Positions 28,474-38,725 of a DNA stretch of 64,000 bases are shown here, piece by piece. The stretch's first letter is position 1; every line of letters starts with the position of its first letter. The notes below the pieces were generated by a model. That model saw nothing but the letters and a program-made list of their open reading frames with translations. It was not told the origin of the DNA and made no database searches. The stretch lies in the sequence record SRR22947725_330. The stretch is one strand, 5' to 3'. The position numbers and the translations under genes are program-made.

Positions 28474-28491
28474 CGGCGGTAGGCTTTTTCA

Positions 28492-29661
28492 ATGGCAACG
28501 TTCCGAGACCTTCTCTCCGCCGCAAAGTCCGAAATCAACGAAGTCGACACCGACGGTGCAGCGGCTGCGATCGCCGGCGGGGCGCTCGTCCTTGACGTCC
28601 GCGAACCCGACGAATTTGAGGAAGGTGCGTTGCAGAACGCGATCCACATTCCGCGTGGTCATCTCGAGGCGCAGATCGAGGGACGCATCGTCGACAAGTC
28701 CGCTGCGATCGTGGCGTACTGCGCAGGTGGTGTCCGCTCGGCCTTTGCGGCCAAGACCCTTGGCGAACTCGGGTATTCCAACGTCGTCTCGATGGAGGGC
28801 GGCTACGGCCGATGGAAGGACGAGGGGCGCGACTGGAAGAAGCCCGTCACGCTGACTCCCGAGCAGAACAACCGCTACAAGCGCCACCTGCTGCTGCCCG
28901 AGGTCGGGGTCGCAGGTCAGACAAAGTTGCTCGACGCCAAGGTACTGATGCTCGGCGCAGGTGGGCTGGGCTCGCCAGCAGCGCTCTACCTCGCTGCTGC
29001 AGGCGTCGGAACGATCGGCATCGTCGACATGGATGACGTCGACTCGTCGAATTTGCAGCGACAGATCCTCCACAACATCGACCGTATCGGCGACCGCAAG
29101 GTCGACTCAGCGAAGAAGACCTTGACGATGCTCAACCCGGACGTCAACGTCGTCACCTACGACACGCGGCTCGACGCCTCAAACATCATGGACATCCTTG
29201 ATGGCTACGACGTGGTCGTCGATGGCGCCGACAACTTCCCCAGCCGATACCTCCTCAACGATGCGAGCGTGAAGCTTGGTATTCCCGTCGTTCACGGATC
29301 GATCTTCCGCTTCGAAGGCATGGTCAGCGTGTTCCACCCAACCGCAGGACCGACCTACCGCGACATGGTGCCCGAGCCGCCGCCAGCCGAACTCGCGCCG
29401 AGCTGTGCCGAGGCCGGCGTGCTCGGCGTGTTGCCTGGCATCATCGGTTCGATCCAAGCGCTCGAGACGATCAAGGTCATCCTCGATCTGGGCGAGCCGT
29501 TGATCGGGCGCATCCTCACTGTCGACACCAACGACATGGAGTTCCGCGTCTTCAACCTGAAGCCCAACCCCGAGAACGAAGTCACCTACGCGAACCGTGA
29601 CCGCATCGAGATCAAAGAACTCGACGGCCTCTGCGCGCCTGGCCTAGCTGCTGACCACTGA
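28492..29661 (+). CDS. moeB: Rhodanese-ThiF/MoeB fusion adenylyl/sulfurtransferase (MoeZ-like)
   Basis: N-terminal rhodanese DVREP/YCAGGVRS; GAGGLGSP, SNLQRQ, SCAEAGVLG. Confidence 0.92.
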   Translation: MATFRDLLSAAKSEINEVDTDGAAAAIAGGALVLDVREPDEFEEGALQNAIHIPRGHLEAQIEGRIVDKSAAIVAYCAGGVRSAFAAKTLGELGYSNVVSMEGGYGRWKDEGRDWKKPVTLTPEQNNRYKRHLLLPEVGVAGQTKLLDAKVLMLGAGGLGSPAALYLAAAGVGTIGIVDMDDVDSSNLQRQILHNIDRIGDRKVDSAKKTLTMLNPDVNVVTYDTRLDASNIMDILDGYDVVVDGADNFPSRYLLNDASVKLGIPVVHGSIFRFEGMVSVFHPTAGPTYRDMVPEPPPAELAPSCAEAGVLGVLPGIIGSIQALETIKVILDLGEPLIGRILTVDTNDMEFRVFNLKPNPENEVTYANRDRIEIKELDGLCAPGLAADH

Positions 29662-29697
29662 GACCACTGGGGCCACGTGGTGGGCTGAGTCAGCGAG

Positions 29698-30486
29698 TCA
29701 GGTCAGGAATTCGGGCTCGCGAGCAACGAGCTCGTCCCAGAACGGCTGGAACTGGAACCAGCCGGCGATGTCGTTGCCCTGAGCCTTGTAACCATCCTCG
29801 CAGAGGTGGTCCGGAATCTCGATGGGCTCACCTGCTGATTCGGCGAGCAACTGGCTCTGACAGAGGCGCTCGAGTGCAATGAACCACCAGACGGCCGCAT
29901 CGACTGAACCGCCAGTGGTGATGAGGCCGTGGTTCTGATGAATGAGCGCCTTCTTGGTGCCGAGTGCCTCGCCCATGGCCCGACCGACTGCGGTGTCGAG
30001 CACCACGGCACCGCTGCCCTCGTTACAGAGCGCGATGTCGTTGTAGAACATTGTCGCGTCCTGGCTGATCATCTTCAGCGGTTTGCCGAGCGTGGAGAAC
30101 GTGCGTCCATACATCGAATGGGAGTGTGCGGCGGCCATGACGTCGGGCCGTGCCTTGTGGAGTTCGCTGTGGATCGCAAACGCCGCAGCGTTGACGGGTC
30201 GGTCGCCGACGACGACATCACCGTTGTGGTCGACGCAGATGAGGTCGCTCACGGTCATCAGCTTGAAGTTGTGGCCGAACGGGTTGACCCAGAAGCGGTC
30301 GGTGAACTCGGGGTCGCGAACAGTGACGTGGCCCGCCACACCTTCTGCGAGATGGAGGCGACCCATGGTGCGCAGCCCACAGGCGAGGCGTTCCTTGCGC
30401 CGCTGGCGCTCGGCTTCCATGTCCTCGATCTCCGGAGCAGCCTGCTTCTGGATTGCGGACAGTGTTTCCTCGACGGTGTCGGTCAT
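29698..30486 (-). CDS. Class II aldolase/adducin family protein
   Basis: GHVTVRDP, AAFAIHS, AAHSHS, NHGL. Confidence 0.9.
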   Translation of the reverse strand: MTDTVEETLSAIQKQAAPEIEDMEAERQRRKERLACGLRTMGRLHLAEGVAGHVTVRDPEFTDRFWVNPFGHNFKLMTVSDLICVDHNGDVVVGDRPVNAAAFAIHSELHKARPDVMAAAHSHSMYGRTFSTLGKPLKMISQDATMFYNDIALCNEGSGAVVLDTAVGRAMGEALGTKKALIHQNHGLITTGGSVDAAVWWFIALERLCQSQLLAESAGEPIEIPDHLCEDGYKAQGNDIAGWFQFQPFWDELVAREPEFLT

Positions 30487-30508
30487 GTTTGAATTGTAAC
30501 GCCCGAGG

Positions 30509-31441
30509 TCAAGCCGGGTCGGTGCGGACGACCCGCTCGACGCGTTCGATCTCGTCGCGCTCTTGGACAGCGACGCCCACCAGCACCAATGCGATGCCGA
30601 TGATGTCGAGCCCGGACGGCTGTTGGTCGAGTGCGATCCAGCCGATCACTGATGCGGTAACGGGCAGGAGGGCCAACAGCAGTGAAAAGCGACGGATGGG
30701 AATCCGACGCATGGTGAACTGGTCGATGCCGTACCCAATCGCGTTCGAGAAGACACCCACGAGGAGACAGGCCGCGAGAAGTGTGGGGGAGAGCCAGACC
30801 GGGCCACTCCACGGAGCGCCGATCGGAGTGGTCACGATCGCGCCGATGCACAAGCCGAGACCGAGGCCGGCGACGCCGCGGTCGACTTGGGCGACCCTCG
30901 AGCCCAACACGATGTAGCCGGCCCAGAGTGCTGACGCCAACAGGATGAAGAACAGTCCGTCGAGGTTGTCGGCGACCTCAACCCCGCCGAGGACGACGAC
31001 GCCGACAATCGCGAAGGCGAGCGCGACACCGTTGCGGATCGACCGCGTCGCGATTGCTGCAACGGTGATGGGGCCGATGAACTCGATGGTGACGCCCTTG
31101 CCGAGATCGATGCGGTCGATCGCAAGGTAGAAGCAGATGTTCATCAGCGCCGTGGTGATGCCGAATACCGCCACGCTGATCAACTGTGGACGAGTCCACC
31201 CCGAGCGCCAGCCGCGTGACACGGCGAGCAGCGCGATGGAGGCGCCGATGATTCGGAACCATGCAACGGTCTGCGGTTCCACCTGATCGAACAGGAGCAC
31301 GGCAATCGCTGCGCCGATGTACTGCGCCACCGCCGACAACACGAACAGCGCCTCGGGTTGCGCTGTACTCAGCCAACGGGCGATTGGACCGCCCGATGCT
31401 GGGGTTGACGTCGCCGACTGCACCTCGCCAGTGTGGCCCAA
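30509..31441 (-). CDS. EamA/RhtA-like DMT transporter
   Basis: MNICFYLAIDRIDLG..VTIEFIGP; about 10 TMs; start uncertain. Confidence 0.88.
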   Translation of the reverse strand: MGHTGEVQSATSTPASGGPIARWLSTAQPEALFVLSAVAQYIGAAIAVLLFDQVEPQTVAWFRIIGASIALLAVSRGWRSGWTRPQLISVAVFGITTALMNICFYLAIDRIDLGKGVTIEFIGPITVAAIATRSIRNGVALAFAIVGVVVLGGVEVADNLDGLFFILLASALWAGYIVLGSRVAQVDRGVAGLGLGLCIGAIVTTPIGAPWSGPVWLSPTLLAACLLVGVFSNAIGYGIDQFTMRRIPIRRFSLLLALLPVTASVIGWIALDQQPSGLDIIGIALVLVGVAVQERDEIERVERVVRTDPA

Positions 31442-31499
31442 GAGTCACAAATGGGTTCAAACTCACGCTTGACTCGTGTCGCTACGCGACACTGCAGGA

Positions 31500-31883
31500 G
31501 TGCAAACGCCCGTGAATCCGTCGTCCATCGCCAACCCAGCGGCGAATTATCACCACGCCGTGCTGGTGGAGAATCCGACTCGCTGGCTCCACACCTCCGG
31601 AGTCGTGCCGACCGCGCCGGACGGGTCGACGCCGGAAGCGTTGGAGGATCAAGCGAAGGTCGTGTGGGCAAACATCGCAGCAATGCTCGCTGACGCCGAC
31701 ATGTCGGCGTCCGACGTCGTCGCTGTGACGACGTATGTGGTGAGCGGCGAGCCGCTCGGCCCGGTCATGGCTGCGCGGGATGCATTTCTCGGCGATCATC
31801 GGGCCGCAAGCACGCTCGTCACGGTTCCCGAACTCGCCCAGCCGCAATGGCGAATGGAAGTCGCCGTCGTCGCCGCGAATTGA
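31500..31883 (+). CDS. RidA/YjgF family protein
   Basis: LHTSG, ARD..L, ASTLVTV..LA.P.WRMEV. Confidence 0.88.
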   Translation: MQTPVNPSSIANPAANYHHAVLVENPTRWLHTSGVVPTAPDGSTPEALEDQAKVVWANIAAMLADADMSASDVVAVTTYVVSGEPLGPVMAARDAFLGDHRAASTLVTVPELAQPQWRMEVAVVAAN

Positions 31884-31948
31884 CCGAGTGCGGCAAGTTG
31901 GCGGCCGACGACATGGTGTCAGGCACCATGCCGTCCTACGATCGACCC

Positions 31949-33532
31949 ATGGCTGACGCGCCCAACCTTCCGCACACCGATTCCGGCATTCCGATCCAGC
32001 GGATCTACGACGAGACCGACCTGGCGAACTGGGACGCTGCGACCCAACTCGGAGCGCCGGGGGAAGAGCCGTACACCCGCGGTGTCTACTCATCGATGTA
32101 CACCGGACGCCTCTGGACAATGCGCCAGTACTCGGGCTTCGGCAATGCCGAGGCGACAAACGAGCGGTTCAAGTTTCTCCTCAACGCGGGCCAGACCGGT
32201 CTGAGCTGCGCGTTCGACCTGCCGACGCAGATGGGATACGACTCCGACCACGGTCGGGCCGAGGGCGAAGTCGGCAAGGTTGGCGTCGCCATCGACTCGA
32301 TGGAAGACATGCGACTGCTCCTCGCCGGACTCCCGCTCGACAAGGTGTCGACGTCGATGACGATCAACTCGACTGCGGCGATTCTGCTGCTGATGTACGA
32401 GTTGGTCGCCGAAGAGAACGGTGTCGCCGCCGACCAGATCAGCGGCACCATCCAGAACGACCTGCTCAAGGAGTACATCGCCCGGGGCACCTACGTGTAC
32501 CCGCCGCGCCCGTCGATGAGGATCATCACCGACATCTTCGGGTACTGCGCCGACCACATTCCGAACTGGAACACGATCTCAATTTCTGGCTATCACATTC
32601 GCGAAGCGGGTTCGACCGCGGTTCAGGAGATCGCATTCACGCTGGCGAACGCTATTGCCTACGTCCAGGCTGCGGTCGATGCGGGCCTCGACGTTGACGA
32701 CTTCGCGCCGCGGCTCAGCTTCTTCTGGAACGGTCACAACAACTTCTTCGAGGAGATCGCGAAGTTCCGCGCCAGTCGGCGGATGTGGTACACGATCATG
32801 ACCGAGCGGTTCAATGCCCAGAATCCCAAGAGCAAGATGCTCCGGTTCCACACGCAGACCGGTGGGTCGACGCTGACCGCGCAGCAGCCGATGAACAACA
32901 TCATGCGCGTCACGCTCCAGGCGCTCGCCGCAGTGATGGGCGGAACGCAGTCACTTCACACCAATGGTTTCGATGAGGCGCTCAGCCTGCCGACCGAGAA
33001 CGCGGCCCGCATGGCGCTCCGAACTCAACAGGTCATCGGCTACGAGTCGGGTGTGGTCGACACGCCGGACCCCATGGCCGGTTCGTACCTGGTCGAGTCA
33101 CTCACCGACGAAGTCGAAAAGCTCGCATGGGACTACATCGCCACCATCGACGAAAAGGGTGGTGCAGTCGCTGCGATCGAGCAGGGCTACCAAATGGACG
33201 AGATCATGGACTCGGCCTACCAGTACACGAAGTCGATCGACGACAACGAACGGACCATCGTTGGCGTCAACAAGTTCACGATGGATGACGAACCCGAACC
33301 GGCAGTCTTTCCGATCGACCCCACACTGGAGCCCGGTCAGATCGAGCGGCTCAAGCGCTACAAGGCCAACCGTGACCCCGCGGCGGTTGAATCGGCGCTC
33401 GGCAAGGTCAAGGCGACGGCCGGCACGAGCGACAACCTGCTGTACAGCATCAAGGATGCACTGCGTGCCGATTGCACGCTTGGCGAGATCAGCGACAGCC
33501 TGCGCGAGGTCTTCGGCGTCTACACACCCTGA
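31949..33532 (+). CDS. Methylmalonyl-CoA mutase, substrate-binding (large) subunit without a B12-binding domain
   Basis: [44 protein letters not shown]; no DxHxxG domain. Confidence 0.92.
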   Translation: MADAPNLPHTDSGIPIQRIYDETDLANWDAATQLGAPGEEPYTRGVYSSMYTGRLWTMRQYSGFGNAEATNERFKFLLNAGQTGLSCAFDLPTQMGYDSDHGRAEGEVGKVGVAIDSMEDMRLLLAGLPLDKVSTSMTINSTAAILLLMYELVAEENGVAADQISGTIQNDLLKEYIARGTYVYPPRPSMRIITDIFGYCADHIPNWNTISISGYHIREAGSTAVQEIAFTLANAIAYVQAAVDAGLDVDDFAPRLSFFWNGHNNFFEEIAKFRASRRMWYTIMTERFNAQNPKSKMLRFHTQTGGSTLTAQQPMNNIMRVTLQALAAVMGGTQSLHTNGFDEALSLPTENAARMALRTQQVIGYESGVVDTPDPMAGSYLVESLTDEVEKLAWDYIATIDEKGGAVAAIEQGYQMDEIMDSAYQYTKSIDDNERTIVGVNKFTMDDEPEPAVFPIDPTLEPGQIERLKRYKANRDPAAVESALGKVKATAGTSDNLLYSIKDALRADCTLGEISDSLREVFGVYTP

Positions 33533-33599
33533 CCGCAAGTTGGCTGACGGCCGGGAGGCGCCGGCCGCCTGGAATGTGGCTCGTCGCGAGATGTCCGCG

Positions 33600-34232
33600 T
33601 CAGGAGAGCTGGTCGGTGATTGCGTCGAGGAGTTCGTCGTAGGAGTCGAGCGCGGGGAACTGTGGGAACTCGGCGATGACGTTGGCGGGAGCATGAAACA
33701 AGAAACCGGCGTCGGCTTCGCCGAGCATCGTCGTGTCGTTGTAGCTGTCGCCAGCAGCGACAACGCGATAGTTCAGCCCATGGAAGGCCTGCACGGACTT
33801 GCGCTTCTGGTCAGGTTGGCGCAGTCGATAGTCGACGATGCGGTCGTCGGCGACAACTAGCCGATGGCAGAAGACTGTGGGCCAATCAAGCTGGCGCATG
33901 AAGGGCCGAGCGAACTGCTCGAAGGTGTCGCTGAGGATAATCAGCTGCGTGCGGGCTCGAAGCTTCGCCAGGAAATCGTCGGCACCCGGAAGGGGAACGA
34001 GACCGGCAATAACATCCTCGATCAACGACATTGTGAGACCGTGCTCGGCGAGCAGGTTGAGGCGATAACGCATCAAGACGTCGTAGTCAGGCTCATCACG
34101 CGTCGTGCGCAGCAGACCGTCAATGCCGGTCCGTTCAGCAACGGCAATCCAAATCTCGGGGATTAAGACCCCTTCGAGGTCGAGCGTGACGATCGTCTGA
34201 GTGGCAGTGTCGAGTGCGGGCACGCCCCGCAT
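33600..34232 (-). CDS. thrH: Phosphoserine phosphatase/homoserine phosphotransferase
   Basis: LDLEGVLIPEIW, TTRDEPDYD, GDSYNDTTML. Confidence 0.92.
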   Translation of the reverse strand: MRGVPALDTATQTIVTLDLEGVLIPEIWIAVAERTGIDGLLRTTRDEPDYDVLMRYRLNLLAEHGLTMSLIEDVIAGLVPLPGADDFLAKLRARTQLIILSDTFEQFARPFMRQLDWPTVFCHRLVVADDRIVDYRLRQPDQKRKSVQAFHGLNYRVVAAGDSYNDTTMLGEADAGFLFHAPANVIAEFPQFPALDSYDELLDAITDQLS

Positions 34233-34236
34233 TCAA

Positions 34237-34800
34237 TCACTGCTCGATCCGGACCACCTCGACGGGATCCCGTTCGGGCACCGGACACGTGCCGCCGGGC
34301 CAACCGAGATAGACCACGCCAACGATGCGATCGTCGGGACTGAAGCTGCAGAGGTCGAGCACCTTGGGTGGGCGCGTGAGCGCTGGAGTCGACCAAAAGC
34401 TCGCAAGCCCCAACGCCGTTGCGCCGAGTAAGAGGTTCTGGATCGCGGCGGCGACGGCATCACGATTCTCGAGGTGCAGCATTTCATTGGGGTGTGGTTC
34501 GCAGCCCACGACAACGACGGCCGGTGCCCTGAGGTATTTGCCCTGTGTCTTGGTGCGCTTAGCGTCGTCACCGAAATCAGCATCAGCCATATCGGTCGCC
34601 ATCGTGGTGCCAAGCCGCGAGCGACCATCGCCGGTAAACGAGGCAAAACGCCACGGCCACGTGCGCTTATGGCTCGGGGCCCACGACGCGAGTTCACAGA
34701 GTTGATCGATGATGTCGTGGTCGACGGCGCGATCAGGCTCCATCACCAACGACGTTCGGCGGCCACGTGCGAGCTGGGTGAACGCATCAAACGTCGTCAT
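34237..34800 (-). CDS. Nitroreductase family (YdjA-like)
   Basis: RRTS, WAPSH..TWPWRF, QNLLLGATALG. Confidence 0.88.
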   Translation of the reverse strand: MTTFDAFTQLARGRRTSLVMEPDRAVDHDIIDQLCELASWAPSHKRTWPWRFASFTGDGRSRLGTTMATDMADADFGDDAKRTKTQGKYLRAPAVVVVGCEPHPNEMLHLENRDAVAAAIQNLLLGATALGLASFWSTPALTRPPKVLDLCSFSPDDRIVGVVYLGWPGGTCPVPERDPVEVVRIEQ

Positions 34801-34961
34801 CGCCCCATCATGGAAGATCGGCGGACGCTCCACAACGTCAGGTGCGCATGAGCCTGTTCCGCGAGTTTCGAACCCCGATCAACAGTTCTCCGCTCGACGA
34901 CGTCGGTGGCCGTGCTCGAAGCGCCCTCGCGAACAGCGGATTCGGCACCGTCGTCTGTGAC

Positions 34962-35991
34962 TCAATCGTGCCGAGCGCGGCTGGGTTGGACCCGTGGCGC
35001 CTCGTTCGGCATTTTCGGATATTGAAGGAGCATCGGGTACGCCTCCCGCGAGGTCGGCAGCGAACCGCTCAACGAGCGGAGCAATGGAGCATGGAGCTTC
35101 ATCCATCAGCTCCCACGGGTCGCCATGAGCGGCGAGTCGGTGGGAAACAGTGTCGATCGTGCAGGTTTCGGGATTGATCGTGTCGAGTTCGTCCCACCGG
35201 AACGGCGTCGACACCTGTGCTCCGACGCGTGGTCGGACACCCCAGGCGCCGAACATGTTCTTGTGCGGGGCATTCTGGTTGTAATCGACGAACACCCGAT
35301 CGCCGCGTTCTTCCTTCCACCACCTGTCAGTGATGAGATTCGGCTGCCGTTCGGATAATTCGCGGGCGAGGGCGATGACGGCGCCGCGGATGGCGAACGA
35401 ATCCCAGCCCGGCTCGACCCGCACGTAGATGTGAATGCCCTTGCTGCCTGTGGTCTTGGCGAACCCGAGCATCCCCAGTTCGGCCAGGTAGTCGCGGACC
35501 AGTGCAGCCGCCTCTCGAACTTGATCGAATGTCACGCCCGGCGTCGGGTCCAAGTCGATGCGCATCTCGTCGGCCTCGTCGGGTTCGCTCGCTCGGTAGG
35601 GCCACACATGCAGACCGAGCACGCCCTGATTCGAGGCCCACAACACATGTGCGAGGTCAGCGATCACCAGCGCTCGTGAGGGCGTGCCGTTGATCGTCTC
35701 CACGGTGGTGGTGTGGAGCCACCCGGGCGCAGAGTCGGGGATGCGTTTCTGGAAGAACGATTTCCCGCGTACTCCGTTCGGGTAGCGCTCGAGCAGCACG
35801 GGTCGATCAGCAAGCGTGCGCATGATCGCGTCGCCGACCGACACGTAGTAGCGGGCGAGGTCCAGCTTGGTTCGCTGGACCTTCTTCGGCCCGACCGACG
35901 GGAACATCGGCTTGTTCGGATTCGTGATCGGCACGATGCGGCCGGCGGCCTCGATCTCGACTGGAGCACCGAACTCGTCAGCTTTCGCCAT
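34962..35991 (-). CDS. LigD-type primase-polymerase domain protein (NHEJ Pol/PrimPolC-like), C-terminal frameshift
   Basis: RYPNG, FFQK, DLDP, KTTGSKGIH, DYNQNA, VSTP. The conserved tail QYPKMPNEAPRVQPSRA lies in another frame after about 35025. Confidence 0.8.
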
Positions 35992-36010
35992 CAGCAACTC
36001 TGCAGGTCTC

Positions 36011-36053
36011 GGTTCGGAGCGTTGCACACCATTGCCGTGCAACGTATCGAACC
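36011..36053. terminator. Hairpin downstream of dapD
   Basis: GGTTCG-N3-CGTTGCAC-N9-GTGCAACG-N3-CGAACC. Confidence 0.5.
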
Positions 36054-36076
36054 AGTACAGCTCGATGTGGCGCCTG

Positions 36077-37042
36077 CTACTGGTTCGAATGCAGCTCGCT
36101 GTTCAGTTCGCCCCAGCTTTTGTCGCGCGGCCGAGCGATGACCTGTCCGGTTTGCCCGTCACGAATGAAGAGAACGCCGCTGACTCCCGAGATGTCCCGG
36201 GCCTTGACGACGCCGTCGGGAGTCAGAATTGGCGTTGCGGCGGTGATGTAGAGACCGGCTTCGACAACGCAGTCGTCTCCGAGGCTGATGCCGATGCCGG
36301 CATTCGCCCCGAGCAGGCAGCGCTCGCCGATCGAGATGGTCTCGGTGCCGCCGCCGGACAGCGTGCCCTGGATTGAGGCGCCGCCACCCACGTCGGAACC
36401 GTTGCCGACCACGACGCCGGCTGAGATGCGGCCCTCCACCATCGAGGTGCCGAGCGTGCCTGCGTTGAAGTTGCAGAAGCCCTCGTGCATCACCGTGGTG
36501 CCTTCGGCGAGGTGGGCGCCGAGTCGAACACGATCGGCATCGGCGATGCGGACGCCGGTGGGCACCACGTAGTCGGTCATGCGCGGGAACTTGTCGAGGC
36601 CGTGCACGCTCAGTACGCCGCCGTCGAGCTTCACCTTGAGTCGAACGTCGTCAAGCGCGGAGACAGCAACGGGCCCGAGGTTGGTCCACGCGACGTTGTT
36701 GAGGGCCCCGAAGGTGCCGTCCATATTTAAAGAGTGCGGGGGAGCGAGGCGGTGGGAGAGGAGGTGCAGTCGGAGATATGCATCCTCTGGTGAGGCGGGT
36801 GCTGCATCGACATCAACCGAAATTCGGATGGGCCGGATCGTGACGTTGCGTACCTCGTCATGGTGATCGCGCATGCCGAGCTTTGATTCGATCGTGTCCC
36901 AGTGCACAGAGTCGCCACCGGCGCCATCTGCGCCGGGGTCGCTGCCGTATTCACCCCAGCCAAGCCAGCGGTACCAGGTGTCGAGCGTGTTGCCTGCAGA
37001 GTCGATCGTTGCGAGGCCAGCGCCCCATGCCATGCGTGTCAT
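36077..37042 (-). CDS. dapD: Tetrahydrodipicolinate N-succinyltransferase (actinobacterial type)
   Basis: [40 protein letters not shown]. Confidence 0.95.
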   Translation of the reverse strand: MTRMAWGAGLATIDSAGNTLDTWYRWLGWGEYGSDPGADGAGGDSVHWDTIESKLGMRDHHDEVRNVTIRPIRISVDVDAAPASPEDAYLRLHLLSHRLAPPHSLNMDGTFGALNNVAWTNLGPVAVSALDDVRLKVKLDGGVLSVHGLDKFPRMTDYVVPTGVRIADADRVRLGAHLAEGTTVMHEGFCNFNAGTLGTSMVEGRISAGVVVGNGSDVGGGASIQGTLSGGGTETISIGERCLLGANAGIGISLGDDCVVEAGLYITAATPILTPDGVVKARDISGVSGVLFIRDGQTGQVIARPRDKSWGELNSELHSNQ

Positions 37043-37105
37043 TGGTTTCTCCAGATTTTCAGATGGTCGAGTGACGCGTGGCCCCGGCCCCGGAGTCACT
37101 CGTGG

Positions 37106-38653
37106 TCAGTGAACTTCGGGTCGGAGGGTGGGGAAGAGGATGACTTCCTTGATCGAGTCGACGCCCGCCAACAGCATTGCCAGACGGTCGATGCCGATGC
37201 CGAGACCACCGGTGGGTGGCATGCCGTACTCGAGCGCTCGGATGTAGTCCTCGTCGAGGCTGCCGGCTTCGTCGTCTCCGGCCGCCTTGGCGGCCTGTTC
37301 GTCTTCGAACCGGGCGCGCTGCTCGACGGGGTCGTTCAACTCGGAGTACCCGTTGGCGAGCTCGCGGCCGTCGACGAACAACTCGAACCGTTCGGTGAGG
37401 AATGGATCGTTGCGATCAACGCGCGCAAGCGGCGAGATTTCGACCGGGTGTCCGGTGACGAAGGTCGGCCGGATGATCGATGACTCGGCCGTCTTCTCGA
37501 ACAGCTCCTCGATGATCTTGCCGGGGCCCCAGCGGTCTTCGACGAAGACGTCGTGATTTGCAGCGACCTTGCGGACGTCGGAGATCGGCATGGACGGATG
37601 GAGCTCGACGCCGGTGCCTTCGGAGGCGTAGTCGATCATGCGTTTGCGAGGCCAGGCATCAGCCAGGTCGATCTGCTCACCGCGAACTTCGACGACCGTG
37701 GTGCCGAGGGCATCTTGGGCGGCGGTGGTGATGAGTTCCTCGGTGATGTCCATCACGTCGTTCCAGTCACCGAACGCCTGATAGAGCTCCATCATCGTGA
37801 ACTCGGGGTTGTGTCGAGTCGAGACGCCCTCGTTGCGGAACGTTCGTGCGATTTCGTAGACGCGTTCCATTCCGCCGACGATCAAGCGCTTGAGGTACAA
37901 CTCGACGGCGATGCGCAAGTACAGCTGCATGTCGAGTGTGTTGTGGTGGGTGGTGAACGGCCGAGCGTGGGCGCCGCCGACCTCGGGGTGCAGCACCGGC
38001 GTCTCGACTTCGATGAACCCATGCTTCGCAAGGGTTCGGCGGAAACTGGCGACGGTCTCGTGGCGGATCTCGAAGTTGCGACGCGCGTCCTCGTTGACGA
38101 TCAAGTCTGCATACCGTTGACGGAATCGAGTGTCGACGTCGGTGAGTCCGTGCCACTTGTCGGGCATTGGACGGATGGCCTTGGACAGCAATTCGACATG
38201 ATCGGGCTTGACCGACAACTCGCCTTTGCGGGTGGTCATCACCGTGCCGTTGACTCCGACCCAATCGCCGAGATCAAGGTCCTTGATGGCAGCGAACTCG
38301 TCGTCGCCGACCACAGCTTTCGAGATGAAGAGTTGGACTTCGCCCGATCGGTCGCGGATCGTGGCGAAGATGAGCTTTCCCGAGTCGCGCTTGAGCATGA
38401 TGCGACCCGCGACCGAGACTGGGTCTTCGGTTTCGATGCCTGGCTCAAGGTGTCCCCACCCATCGCGTACGTCGGCAAGCGTGTGGGTGCGGTCGAACCG
38501 GTACGGGTACGGGTTGTCGCCTGAGTCCCGCATCGCTTCGACGAGACCCAGCCGGCGTTCCTTCTCGGCAGCGAGGCCGCTTCCGGCAGCCGCATCGGAG
38601 GCGCCGACAACATCCGGAGTGTCGTCGGAATGGGGGTCGGTCGGCTCGCTCAC
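37106..38653 (-). CDS. lysS: Lysine--tRNA ligase (class II)
   Basis: FRNEG...HNPEF, YGMPPTGGLGIGIDRL. Confidence 0.97.
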   Translation of the reverse strand: MSEPTDPHSDDTPDVVGASDAAAGSGLAAEKERRLGLVEAMRDSGDNPYPYRFDRTHTLADVRDGWGHLEPGIETEDPVSVAGRIMLKRDSGKLIFATIRDRSGEVQLFISKAVVGDDEFAAIKDLDLGDWVGVNGTVMTTRKGELSVKPDHVELLSKAIRPMPDKWHGLTDVDTRFRQRYADLIVNEDARRNFEIRHETVASFRRTLAKHGFIEVETPVLHPEVGGAHARPFTTHHNTLDMQLYLRIAVELYLKRLIVGGMERVYEIARTFRNEGVSTRHNPEFTMMELYQAFGDWNDVMDITEELITTAAQDALGTTVVEVRGEQIDLADAWPRKRMIDYASEGTGVELHPSMPISDVRKVAANHDVFVEDRWGPGKIIEELFEKTAESSIIRPTFVTGHPVEISPLARVDRNDPFLTERFELFVDGRELANGYSELNDPVEQRARFEDEQAAKAAGDDEAGSLDEDYIRALEYGMPPTGGLGIGIDRLAMLLAGVDSIKEVILFPTLRPEVH

Positions 38654-38725
38654 GGTGCGATGACCGTAGCGAAACTTCGGGGTCGTGCCACCATGTTTTC
38701 GTCGCGAGTTCGTAGCATTCTCCCG

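Noticed and set aside
31949-33532. Mutase as isobutyryl- or 2-hydroxyisobutyryl-CoA mutase acting with the ThDP lyase
   Set aside because: Specificity residues are MCM-type (RQY Tyr and the Arg in YIARG), and the ThDP gene is 8 kb away.
31893-33544. GCAAGTTGGC direct repeat flanking the mutase gene
   Set aside because: Only 10 bp and no mobility gene; chance is plausible.
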